From Candidatus Kaiserbacteria bacterium CG10_big_fil_rev_8_21_14_0_10_45_20 (lineage in GTDB: Bacteria; Patescibacteriota; Minisyncoccia; Phycocordibacterales; Phycocordibacteraceae): a stretch of 64,000 nucleotides of DNA. Each line of letters opens with the position of its first letter. Position 1 is the first letter of the stretch. The stretch is taken from contig PFBH01000014.1 of assembly GCA_002773335.1 (NCBI GenBank), positions 8,023 through 72,022 of the forward strand. The letters run 5' to 3'. Shown here one piece after another: positions 47,874 to 57,127 of this stretch. A program made the position numbers and the translations under genes. The notes beneath the pieces were generated by a model, which was given only the letters and a program-made list of their open reading frames with translations, was not told the origin of the DNA and searched no databases.

Positions 47874-49853
47874 ATGACAGGTATACTACGAAGAATGAAT
47901 AACGCATCGTCTGGGAAAGGCTCTAAAAAACCTACATCACCAAAAAAAACACCGCCTGGTTTTGGAAAACGAGGTCCTCGTATTAAACGTCCACAAAATA
48001 AATATGGAGGAAACTTTACACTTTCGTTAATCGCAGCGCTCATTGTGTTAACGATCTACTCGTTTATGACTAGTCAGTCGGGCGATGTTGAGGATATCTC
48101 ACTCTCTACACTCGCGTCAGATATTAAGTCTGAGCTGGTAGAAGAAATTACCGTGCAAGGAGATACACTGACCATCGTGTATACAGACGAGACAAAAAAG
48201 AAGGCAAAAAAAGAACCAGACAGCTCGCTTTCAACAACGCTCGTAAACTATGGACTCACCCCAGACGAGTTTGCGTCAGTCTCTATACTTGTTGAAAACG
48301 AAGGAGGGTTTCGTTTTTGGTTCTTCTCACTCGCTCCAATTCTCGTTCCGCTACTCTTGATTGTTGTGTTTATTTGGTACCTCTCGCGACAGGTAAAGGG
48401 GGCGGGAGTGCAAGCCTTCACGTTTGGGCAGTCAAAAGCGCGTCTCATTGATCCGAAAGATAAGGTGCAACGAGTAACGTTTGCTGATGTTGCTGGCGCA
48501 AAAGAGGCGAAAGAAGAGCTAACAGAGATTGTAGATTTTCTAAAGAACCCAAAAAAATTCTTAGATATTGGAGCCACCATTCCAAAGGGTGTGTTAATGA
48601 TGGGTGCGCCGGGTACCGGAAAGACTCTCTTAGGGCGAGCTGTTGCCGGAGAGGCGGGAGTGCCTTTCTTCTCTATATCGGGTTCAGAGTTTGTAGAAAT
48701 GTTTGTAGGAGTTGGGGCAAGCCGTGTTCGCGACCTCTTTAAAATGGCGAAAGCATCGGCACCTGCAATTATATTTGTTGACGAAATTGACGCGGTGGGG
48801 CGCGTACGTGGAACCGGCGTTGGCGGTGGAAACGATGAACGCGAGCAGACACTGAACCAAATCTTGGTTGAGATGGACGGGTTTGAGCCAACAGAAAAGG
48901 TGATTGTGATGGCTGCGACAAACAGACCAGACGTACTTGACCCTGCGCTGTTGCGACCGGGGCGTTTTGACAGAAGGGTCACCATTGACCTGCCTGACCG
49001 TGATGGTAGAGAAGAGATACTCAAGATCCACGCCCGCAAAAAGCCACTCGCCGAAGACGTAAACCTGCGCGTCATTGCCGAGAGAACTCCAGGATTTTCT
49101 GGGGCTGACTTGCAGTCACTAATGAACGAAGGGGCTATCCTTGCCGCGCGAGAAGACCGCAAAAAGGTGTCGCAGTTTGACTTGGTGCGTTCAATTGAAA
49201 AGGTTATGCTCGGGCCTGAACGTAAAACACACTTGCTGAACAAGAAAGAAAAAGAAGTGACGGCATACCACGAAGCAGGTCATGCGCTCATTGCCTCGGT
49301 GTTGCCGTACGCTGATCCGGTTCACAAGATATCTATTATTTCTCGCGGTCGGGCAGCGGGGTACACACTAAAACTTCCTCTCGAAGATAAGAAGATGCAA
49401 TCTAAAAAAGAGTTCTTGGACGACATTGCTGTTTCTCTTGGCGGATACGTGGCAGAGAGAATGGTATTTGGTGATCTCACCACCGGCCCTTCAAATGACC
49501 TGCAAGTACTTACGTCACTGGCGCGCGATATGGTAACAAAGTATGGTATGTCGGATAAAATGGGACCGGTTGCGCTTGAAGGAGAGGGAGGCAAGGCGCT
49601 GTTTGGAAGGGGAGTAAATGAAAAAGAGTACTCAGAGCGCGTGTCGGCAGAAATTGACGCTGAGGTAAAACAGATTGTTGACGAAGCCTACGCAAAAGCA
49701 ACCACCATTCTGACCGACCACCGAAAGGCACTTGATGCCATCTCTGCAAAACTTATGGAAGTAGAAACGCTTGAGCGCGATGAATTTGAGAAGCTTTTGG
49801 TGGTTCACGGTATTGAGCCAAAGAAAAAACAAGACATAGAGCACCAAACGTAG
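47874..49853 (+). CDS. ftsH: ATP-dependent zinc metalloprotease FtsH
   Basis: AAA Walker [12 protein letters not shown] region, HEAGHAL zinc site. Confidence 0.95.
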   Translation: MTGILRRMNNASSGKGSKKPTSPKKTPPGFGKRGPRIKRPQNKYGGNFTLSLIAALIVLTIYSFMTSQSGDVEDISLSTLASDIKSELVEEITVQGDTLTIVYTDETKKKAKKEPDSSLSTTLVNYGLTPDEFASVSILVENEGGFRFWFFSLAPILVPLLLIVVFIWYLSRQVKGAGVQAFTFGQSKARLIDPKDKVQRVTFADVAGAKEAKEELTEIVDFLKNPKKFLDIGATIPKGVLMMGAPGTGKTLLGRAVAGEAGVPFFSISGSEFVEMFVGVGASRVRDLFKMAKASAPAIIFVDEIDAVGRVRGTGVGGGNDEREQTLNQILVEMDGFEPTEKVIVMAATNRPDVLDPALLRPGRFDRRVTIDLPDRDGREEILKIHARKKPLAEDVNLRVIAERTPGFSGADLQSLMNEGAILAAREDRKKVSQFDLVRSIEKVMLGPERKTHLLNKKEKEVTAYHEAGHALIASVLPYADPVHKISIISRGRAAGYTLKLPLEDKKMQSKKEFLDDIAVSLGGYVAERMVFGDLTTGPSNDLQVLTSLARDMVTKYGMSDKMGPVALEGEGGKALFGRGVNEKEYSERVSAEIDAEVKQIVDEAYAKATTILTDHRKALDAISAKLMEVETLERDEFEKLLVVHGIEPKKKQDIEHQT

Positions 49854-49893
49854 AGGGAAAGCGCTGAGTCGTTAGAGATCTATAATAAAAAAC

Positions 49894-49925
49894 ACCTTCC
49901 GTTGTGCTCGGAAGGTGTTTTTGGT
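49894..49925 (+). terminator. Rho-independent terminator after ftsH (ACACCTTCCG...CGGAAGGTGT, then a T run)
   Basis: Seen in the sequence. Confidence 0.6.
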
Positions 49926-50029
49926 GAAACATTCTTGCAAAAACTCACTGCTTTTGTTGGGTTGTATATCCACATGGTGTGTGGATAGTATTTGTACGTT
50001 TAAACTATAATATAAAAGAGATAGTTTAA

Positions 50030-50734
50030 ATGTTCGGTATTATGTCAAAGTTTTCAAAACGAGACCTAGCGATTCGGATGCGAGAAAAAGGAATGAGTTA
50101 TTCTCAAATAAAAGAGCATTTGCAAGTCAGTAAAAGCACCCTTAGTTTATGGCTTCGTCATATGCCCCTCTCGGAACAGAGAATACGAGAACTGCGAGAT
50201 CACTCTGAGCAACGAATAGAGAAAACAAGGGAAACAAAACGAAAGAAAAAGTTACAGCGTATACGCAGTGTTTACTCTGAGGCTGTAAAAGATATTGGTA
50301 AAGTTTCAAAAAGAGAACTGTATATAGCGGGGTTTTTTCTCTATTGGGGGGAGGGGGTAAAAGCTGATCCGTATACAACGATGTTTACGAATACTGACCC
50401 TGCTATGGTGAAGTGTTTCATTCAGTGGATCGCTCTTTTAGGAGTAAAAAAATCTGACTTGAAAGTATATCTACACGTTTATAGTGATATGGACATTCCC
50501 CAAATAATTACATTCTGGTCTAATGAATTAAATATCCCTCAATCGTCGTTTCGGAAACCATACGTTAAAAAAAGTGTTGCTGGTAAACAAAAAAATTATA
50601 AGGGTCGTTTTGGTTTTGGTACCTGTAATATATATGTGCGTAATAGAGACATACGTGAAAAAATAATTATGTCTATTGCCAGGATACGAGAAGTCTATGG
50701 GGGTATTGCTTTTGACCCTGAAAAAGAGATATAG
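50030..50734 (+). CDS. HTH-containing protein with a degenerate single LAGLIDADG-like motif (putative free-standing homing-endonuclease-like gene)
   Basis: N-terminal helix-turn-helix (MSYSQIKEHLQVSKSTLSLWL). YIAGFFLYWGEG sits at the LAGLIDADG position. Distal KGRFGFGTCNIYVRNRDI resembles the second conserved block of LAGLIDADG enzymes. The gene is bracketed by GAGATA(TA)GTTTAAAT direct repeats. Confidence 0.35.
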   Translation: MFGIMSKFSKRDLAIRMREKGMSYSQIKEHLQVSKSTLSLWLRHMPLSEQRIRELRDHSEQRIEKTRETKRKKKLQRIRSVYSEAVKDIGKVSKRELYIAGFFLYWGEGVKADPYTTMFTNTDPAMVKCFIQWIALLGVKKSDLKVYLHVYSDMDIPQIITFWSNELNIPQSSFRKPYVKKSVAGKQKNYKGRFGFGTCNIYVRNRDIREKIIMSIARIREVYGGIAFDPEKEI

Positions 50735-50741
50735 TTTAAAT

Positions 50742-50816
50742 CCGCCCTTAGCTCAATTGGTTAGAGCATCTAGCTTATACCTAGAAGGTTTCCTGGTTCG
50801 AGTCCAGGAGGGCGGA
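50742..50816 (+). tRNA. tRNA with anticodon UAU (Ile, reading AUA), no encoded CCA
   Basis: Acceptor stem CCGCCCT/AGGGCGG, D-arm GCTC-AATTGGTTA-GAGC, anticodon arm TCTAG-CTTATAC-CTAGA, T-arm CCTGG-TTCGAGT-CCAGG. The variable loop appears to be 6 nt, so the fold has one irregularity. Confidence 0.6.
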
Positions 50817-51282
50817 CATGATAGAGAAAAGCAAACTGCTTTGCTTTTCTCGATACATGTCCGAGCCGGAGCCATGTTTTTCCAGCAGGAAAAACAGGCG
50901 AGGCGGGGTCGCGGAATTTTGCGAGTGACTGACGAGCAAAATATCCGTGACGACCAGACAGAAATATCCCGCCTGCGCGGGATTTTCTGCGTCAGTCCGA
51001 GGCACAGGGTTGTGTGAGTTTGAGCGAAGCGAAAGGCGAACACCCCGAGCCGGGGTCACCACAAGAGTACTTCTATTTCTCTAATTCGATGACTCATAAG
51101 AGAAATTGGTCGCGCGAAAAATTTCCGTTAGGAAATTTATTTGTGACGACCAGATACAAATATCCCGCCTGCGCACTGTTTTTGTTTACATGTCCGAGCC
51201 GTACCACACGGGCACTTCACAAACGTGTGCAAAAAATCATTGTAGTGGCAATAACACATAACATCCTATATCATAGCTGTAT

Positions 51283-51675
51283 ATGGCAAAGGTAATACAA
51301 TTTCCCGGTAGCCCAGAGAAGCGAAGACGAATGGCTCAGGAAAGAAAATTAAGGGAAGATAGGGATTATTTTGATAAAAACAGAGCAAAGGTGCGCGTTG
51401 CCCTTGATCGACAAAAGGCATTTTCTCAACAAGTTTTTACAGAAGATATGCAAGGTAAAAAGAAAACACTCTTTGCTCACGAAAAAGACGCCTTTTCTCA
51501 AATGTCACTTGAAGACTTAATTCACGAAGCGTGGAATATTGACGAGACGGTATGGAGCGGTACACCAGCGCGAGCAAAGGCTTTCCTTTCTGCTCTGGGT
51601 GCTCGAATTGTTCGATGTGGTGGCTTTAGTGATGTTATTTCTGACCCTTCAGAGTATCCAGATGATATTGGATAA
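51283..51675 (+). CDS. Hypothetical protein (130 aa)
   Basis: ORF only. Follows a repeat-rich spacer downstream of the tRNA. Confidence 0.3.
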   Translation: MAKVIQFPGSPEKRRRMAQERKLREDRDYFDKNRAKVRVALDRQKAFSQQVFTEDMQGKKKTLFAHEKDAFSQMSLEDLIHEAWNIDETVWSGTPARAKAFLSALGARIVRCGGFSDVISDPSEYPDDIG

Positions 51676-51682
51676 GCTGACA

Positions 51683-53851
51683 CTATTCAAAGTGGAGGCT
51701 CCGAGCTTTCTTTTGAGACATCTCGCCAAGCGCGGGATGTTTTTTTAATATCGGATCTTTGGCAACCAATGCAAACGCTTCAGTGCGTGCCGCTTCAACC
51801 AGCTTAAGGTTTTTGAGTGCCTCCATTCCAATATCGGAGAGGCCGGATTGGTGCCTTCCGTATAATTCTCCAGCCCCCCTGATAGATAAATCTTTTTCGG
51901 CAAGCTCAAACCCATTCTTTGCTGTTTGTATTGCTTTTAATCGGGACGATTCGCTTTTGGCAGACGATTCAACCATTAAAAAACAGTATGGCTGGTGACT
52001 TGAGCGCATTACGCGCCCACGAAGTTGGTGGAGTTGTGCCAACCCAAACCTGTCAGCTCCCTCTATCATAATCACGGTAGCGTTTGGAACGTTTACACCA
52101 ACCTCAACGACAGAGGTTGCTACTAAAATATCTATCTCTCCGTTAGCGAACGAGTTCATCACGTCTTCTTTTTCTTTCGGAGTCATTTTGCTGTGCAATT
52201 TTTCAATACGCCACTCTGGAAACACGCTCTCTTTGAGGCGTTTTGTCTCTGACGCAACACTCCTCGTTTGAAGAGCCATATACTTTGTTGGATCAGGCTC
52301 ATCAATGCGCGGGCAAATAACGTATGCTTGATGACCCTCTTTCAGAAGTTCTAACACTTTTTTATACGCGGTGTCTCTTTTTGGAGGTGTAATGATATCG
52401 GTAACAATGGCCTTTCTTCCAAGAGGCATCTGCTCAAGTACCGTTAAATCAAGGTCTCCGTAGAGTGTGAGCGCAAGCGTGCGGGGTATTGGTGTTGCGG
52501 TCATTGAAAGGAGGTGGGGCGACGCACCGTCTTTTTTTGCAATTTCTTTTCTTTGCGCGGTACCAAATCGATGCTGTTCGTCGATAATAACGTAGGCGAG
52601 GTGTTTAAAATTAACTGTCTTCTGTATAAGAGAGTGCGTTCCAATAAGAATTGGAATTTCTCCATTTGCCACCCACTTTAGTAGTTGAGTGCGAGAAATA
52701 GGCGTCGCGTCTTTTTTATTTACCTTTGATGGAAACTTGTAACAACCGCTTGATGTTATAAGCCCGATATTGATAGGGTGATCGATAAAAAAATCGGTAA
52801 ATGTTTTAAAGTGTTGCTTTGCCAAAATCTCAGTCGGTACCATATAGGCAACCTGAAGGTTGCCAAAATCCTGCCCGTGGGGGCGCGAAGTCACTACACT
52901 GTAGGCGGTTGCAGCAGCGACAGCCGTCTTTCCGCTTCCTACGTCTCCTTCAAGGAGGCGGTGCATAGGGTAACTATTTTCAAAATCTTTCAAAATGTCA
53001 CTGATAGAGTCCACCTGCCCTTTTGTGGGGGTAAACGGAAACGAGTCAATAAACGTCTGAAGCTTTTTTTTGTCTGTGTCTATAACGTACGACTTCTCGT
53101 TTTTATTTCGCTCTCGTTCTTTTGCACGGTCAACTTGAATAAGAAACACCTCTTCAAATGCAAACCGTTTTCGCGCTGTTTCTGCGTCTTTTTCTTTTTT
53201 GGGTTGGTGCGCAAAGACAAACGAGTCTCTGAGTGATGGCAGGTTATATTTTTTTAAAATGGTAGGAGGTATAACGTCTTCAATAAAATCAAGCACATCA
53301 CTGCGCAGTACTTTTTGGATGGTGTGGTACAGCCACAGAGACGAGACGCCGGCTGACTCTGGGTACACCGGAAAGAGCCCTTCGTATCCCTCAAGAATGG
53401 GAATGCATGTTGCTTTCTCAACAACGGGGTTGGCGACATACTTCTTTCCGTTTCGTTCGGTTACTTTTCCACGAATACGAACGAGCTCTCCTTCTTGAAT
53501 CATTTTTGCCAGATACGGTTGATGAAACCACACAACACGGAGGGTATGAGATCCGTCAGAAAACGAACCTTCTGCCATCGGTACTTTTGTGCGGAATGAT
53601 TTTTTTATTTCTAATTTAGAAAACTGACCATATATAACCACTGTTTCATTTGGCTCTGCGGTTGCAATGCGCCTAATATCGGCAGAAGACTCGTACCGAG
53701 AGGGGATGTGGTACAAAAGGTCCAGCACCGTTTCTATACCAAGCTTTGTGAGGGCAACAGCTTGCTGTTTCTGTATCCTAAAATGAGAAGAGAGCGTATC
53801 GTGTGGCTTCATGCTAAATTGTTTCAAGTATACCTCTCTTATATATGACAC
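51683..53851 (-). CDS. recG: ATP-dependent DNA helicase RecG
   Basis: Wedge domain, helicase motifs GDVGSGKT, IIDEQHRFG, and the TRG-like C-terminus. Confidence 0.85.
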   Translation of the reverse strand: MSYIREVYLKQFSMKPHDTLSSHFRIQKQQAVALTKLGIETVLDLLYHIPSRYESSADIRRIATAEPNETVVIYGQFSKLEIKKSFRTKVPMAEGSFSDGSHTLRVVWFHQPYLAKMIQEGELVRIRGKVTERNGKKYVANPVVEKATCIPILEGYEGLFPVYPESAGVSSLWLYHTIQKVLRSDVLDFIEDVIPPTILKKYNLPSLRDSFVFAHQPKKEKDAETARKRFAFEEVFLIQVDRAKERERNKNEKSYVIDTDKKKLQTFIDSFPFTPTKGQVDSISDILKDFENSYPMHRLLEGDVGSGKTAVAAATAYSVVTSRPHGQDFGNLQVAYMVPTEILAKQHFKTFTDFFIDHPINIGLITSSGCYKFPSKVNKKDATPISRTQLLKWVANGEIPILIGTHSLIQKTVNFKHLAYVIIDEQHRFGTAQRKEIAKKDGASPHLLSMTATPIPRTLALTLYGDLDLTVLEQMPLGRKAIVTDIITPPKRDTAYKKVLELLKEGHQAYVICPRIDEPDPTKYMALQTRSVASETKRLKESVFPEWRIEKLHSKMTPKEKEDVMNSFANGEIDILVATSVVEVGVNVPNATVIMIEGADRFGLAQLHQLRGRVMRSSHQPYCFLMVESSAKSESSRLKAIQTAKNGFELAEKDLSIRGAGELYGRHQSGLSDIGMEALKNLKLVEAARTEAFALVAKDPILKKHPALGEMSQKKARSLHFE

Positions 53852-55005
53852 GAAAGAAAAAGTATATCGGCGCCCACTCCCTCTCTGAGCACAAGAAATT
53901 AAAAGGGAAGATCGAGGTTGTAGGAAAAGTGCACCTTAAAACACTTGAAGACTGGTCAACTTTTTACACGCCGGGGGTAGGGGCCGTTTCAACGCACCTT
54001 GGCAAAACTCCGGAAGATGCTCGTGTCTACACCATTAAACGAAACACGGTGGCAGTTGTCTCGGACGGCTCTGCTGTACTCGGCTTAGGAAACATCGGCC
54101 CTTATGGAGCACTGCCGGTGATGGAAGGTAAAGCACTTATCTTTAAAGATAGGGCGAACATTGATGCGTTTCCGATTGTGCTTGATACGCAAGACCCCGA
54201 CGAGATTATTGAGACGGTAGTGCGTATTGCCCCTGCCTTTGGAGGCATCAACCTTGAGGATATTGCCGCTCCACAGTGTTTTTATATTGAAGAAGAGTTA
54301 AAGAAACGACTACCAATACCGGTAATGCATGACGACCAACACGGCACCGCGATTGTCGTTTTAGCAGGGTTAATAAACGCACTAACGGTGGTAAAGAAAA
54401 AGTTGTCAGCAGTCTCTATTACTGTCGTTGGAGCAGGGGCCGCCGGTTTTGCCATCGCTCAATTATTAAAAAAAGCGGGAGCGTCTGACATTCGCGTCAC
54501 TGATCGAGTGGGGGTTATTGGAAAACATCGCGCAGGTCTTGCACCCCACAAAACCGTTTTGGCAAACCTCCCTACAAAACGTCCAAGAGCGGTAACACTA
54601 CTAGACGCGACGACTGACTCTGACGTCTTAATTGCGGTATCGGGCCCCGGTACGGTAACTGCTGAGCACATTATCGCGATGAATAGTAATGCCATTGTGT
54701 TTGCGCTCGCAAACCCGACTCCGGAAATTATGCCAAACATTGCAACGCAGGCGGGGGCAACAGTGGTCGCAACGGGGCGGTCCGATTTTCCGAACCAGAT
54801 AAACAACGCACTCGTCTTCCCGGGTATTTTTAGAGGGGCGCTTGATAGCGGTGTTTCCGATATTACTGAGGATATGAAACTAAAGGCCGCGTACGCGCTG
54901 GCACGGTTAGTGAAGGCTCCTCACAAAGATAATATTGTGCCGTCTGTCCTTGACGGTAAGGTGGCAAAGGCGGTGGCACGAGCGGTGAGCGGTTTTAAAA
55001 AATAA
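53845..55005 (+). CDS. NAD(P)-dependent malic enzyme (short bacterial form)
   Basis: Malic enzyme N-terminal and NAD-binding domains (VVGAGAAG). Confidence 0.8.
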   Translation: MTRKKKYIGAHSLSEHKKLKGKIEVVGKVHLKTLEDWSTFYTPGVGAVSTHLGKTPEDARVYTIKRNTVAVVSDGSAVLGLGNIGPYGALPVMEGKALIFKDRANIDAFPIVLDTQDPDEIIETVVRIAPAFGGINLEDIAAPQCFYIEEELKKRLPIPVMHDDQHGTAIVVLAGLINALTVVKKKLSAVSITVVGAGAAGFAIAQLLKKAGASDIRVTDRVGVIGKHRAGLAPHKTVLANLPTKRPRAVTLLDATTDSDVLIAVSGPGTVTAEHIIAMNSNAIVFALANPTPEIMPNIATQAGATVVATGRSDFPNQINNALVFPGIFRGALDSGVSDITEDMKLKAAYALARLVKAPHKDNIVPSVLDGKVAKAVARAVSGFKK

Positions 55006-55006
55006 T

Positions 55007-55663
55007 ATGTCGGCAGAGTCATTTAAGAGAGCAAGAGATCGTTGGCAAATTGAAAGAGAGGCTAAGATTTTTCTTTCAAAAAAAGGTATTGCAAAGTGGA
55101 AAGAGAGGTTAGAGCAAGAAGGGCTCCGTAAATTTCATGACGCGATTATTGATACTCGGTGGGTACGGGTTCCTGATATACGCGGTCGATTTGTGAGCGC
55201 TCGCCTCCGTACCGCGACAGAGAAAAAAGACCCGAAGCAGTTTTTATGGGCAATTAAGGTTCGTACATCAGCGCACTCTGAGGCAAAGCACATTAAAGAG
55301 TGTTACGAACTCGAAGGAAGTGGAGATTCAATGAAATCAGTACGAAAAGAACTCAAGAAACACTTAAGGGCGGTGCTCGGCAAAGAAACTCCAGACAAGT
55401 TGATAGAAGATAGGCGTCTTATAAAACGACGAGTGTCGTACGAAACGCAAGATCTTAACCACTCACTTTTTGGCGTACGGTTTGATATAGATACACTTGA
55501 GACTGTGAACGGTAAAAAAATAGACCCTCCCATCCACATTCTCGAACTAGAGGGGCTTTCGGAAACGTTGATACTCTCAGCGACTAAACACTTGGGGATA
55601 GATCCGCAAAAACTTTCTTCTATATCAGGCAAGGTATTGCTGAAAGAGACGGGGTATTTGTAG
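55007..55663 (+). CDS. Hypothetical protein (218 aa, Lys/Arg/Glu-rich)
   Basis: ORF lies 1 bp after the malic-enzyme stop. No recognisable motif. Confidence 0.4.
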   Translation: MSAESFKRARDRWQIEREAKIFLSKKGIAKWKERLEQEGLRKFHDAIIDTRWVRVPDIRGRFVSARLRTATEKKDPKQFLWAIKVRTSAHSEAKHIKECYELEGSGDSMKSVRKELKKHLRAVLGKETPDKLIEDRRLIKRRVSYETQDLNHSLFGVRFDIDTLETVNGKKIDPPIHILELEGLSETLILSATKHLGIDPQKLSSISGKVLLKETGYL

Positions 55664-56246
55664 AGAGTGCGGGATGTGTCTTCGCTACGCTCGCACGCAT
55701 CGGTCACAGATATTTTGTTCGCCGTCGCTCACAAAATTCCGCGCGACCAATTTCTCTTACGAGTCTGCGAGTTAGAGAAATGGAAGTACTCTTGTGGTGA
55801 CCCTGTCTCGCGACCCATTCTGCTGAATGGGTACCCTGCTCCGGCTTTCGCGACTTTGTTTTGTTACGAACGAAGTGAGTTAGAAAACAAGAAGTGCCCG
55901 TGTGGTACGACTTTGTTTTGTTACGAACGAAGTGAGTTAGAAAACAAGAAGTGCCCGTGTGGTGAATCCCGACGTAAAGCACGCAGGTGCTTTACTCACT
56001 CTCCGCAGTATACTCACTGCGCTCGAATCTGCGGAGAGTGCGGGATGTGTCTTCGCTACGCTCGCACGCATCGGTCAGGAATAATTTGCTCGTCAGTCAC
56101 TCGCAAATTTTCACGACCCTGGCTCGTCTGTTTTTTCTGCTGAAAAAACATGACTGCGCCTTTCGAATCCCGACGTAAAGCACGCAGGTGCTTTACTCAC
56201 TCTCCGCAGTATACTCACTGCGCTCGAATCTGCGGAGAGTGCGGGA
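55664..56246. repeat. Array of long direct repeats seeded from the 3' end of tRNA-Ser: an 82 bp direct repeat (55965-56046 and 56165-56246), a 44 bp direct repeat (55664-55707 and 56034-56077) and a 57 bp tandem duplication (55851-55907 and 55908-55964)
   Basis: Exact string matches seen in the sequence. The last copy runs into the tRNA-Ser 3' end. Confidence 0.8.
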
Positions 56247-56319
56247 TTCGAACCCGCGAGGGCGGTTAAGCCCTACCTCGTTAGCAGTGAGGCGCTTTCG
56301 ACCACTCAGCCAACTCTCC
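56233..56319 (-). tRNA. tRNA-Ser (anticodon GCU), long variable arm
   Basis: The reverse complement gives GGAGAGT acceptor, anticodon loop CTGCTAA, a 19 nt variable arm, T-arm GCGGG-TTCGAAT-CCCGC, and 3' ACTCTCC-G. Confidence 0.8.
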
Positions 56320-56445
56320 GTGTTATACACAATGAAGCGATGACTTCTATCTATCTTTCGACAGATGTTCCCGTCATATTGGGACAGGCAGCCAACTCTC
56401 CGTAAGGTGAACTATATTGCATTTTCTTGTTAGTTGCAAAAACTA

Positions 56446-57102
56446 TTAGTGCGCTAGCGCTATTCCGATAACTTCTTTTGCGCCTGCCTCAAGGAGGGCA
56501 CGACGCGCGTCTTTTAGTGTCGCGCCGGTTTCTGACACGTCGTCTACCACAATACAGCACTCACCCGAGACGAGCTGTCTTTGCGCTTCATCGTTCGTGA
56601 CAAAAAATGCACGAGACACATTCTCGACACGTTTTTTCTTTTCGGTGCGAAGTTGGCTTGGTCTCTCTTTTCTCTTTAATACATTGGGCGTGTATCGTAC
56701 CGACGTTTCTATAAAGGGAAGTGCGTACTCAACTATTCTTTCAACTTGATTATACCCGCGCTTTCTCTTGCGTTTTGCTGAAGAAGGGATAGGAACGAGA
56801 AGCGGTCGTCGCCACTCAAGGTCAAGCGCGCGTTCTTCAAGGGCGTTCAGCACCATATCGGACATACACAGACCAAGAATCTGAGACGCTTTCTTTGTTC
56901 CATAAAATTTGTTTGCACGGATGAGCGATTGAATATCTTGGTCGCGGTATGAAAATCCGACAAAAATCCACGGGAGAGGCTTGGCACGCACAATCAGTTT
57001 TTCTCGTACCGTATCGATGGTAATGGCGCGAATACGTACCACATCTTTTGGTGGAGGAAAAAAGAAGTCTATAATGGAAGAGACGAGTGTAGGTGCGTGC
57101 AT
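56446..57102 (-). CDS. comF: ComF-family protein (phosphoribosyltransferase-type, competence)
   Basis: C-terminal PRTase motif CIVVDDVSETGATL. Sits next to the type IV pilus genes. Confidence 0.6.
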   Translation of the reverse strand: MHAPTLVSSIIDFFFPPPKDVVRIRAITIDTVREKLIVRAKPLPWIFVGFSYRDQDIQSLIRANKFYGTKKASQILGLCMSDMVLNALEERALDLEWRRPLLVPIPSSAKRKRKRGYNQVERIVEYALPFIETSVRYTPNVLKRKERPSQLRTEKKKRVENVSRAFFVTNDEAQRQLVSGECCIVVDDVSETGATLKDARRALLEAGAKEVIGIALAH

Positions 57103-57127
57103 GGTATACTCGTCTTATTCTACGCCC

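Noticed and set aside
55667-56143. 158 aa ORF spanning the tRNA-Ser repeat field
   Set aside because: Its reading frame is built from tandem and direct repeats, so the protein would contain exact repeated peptides. No start or RBS context. Treated as an artefact of the repeat structure.
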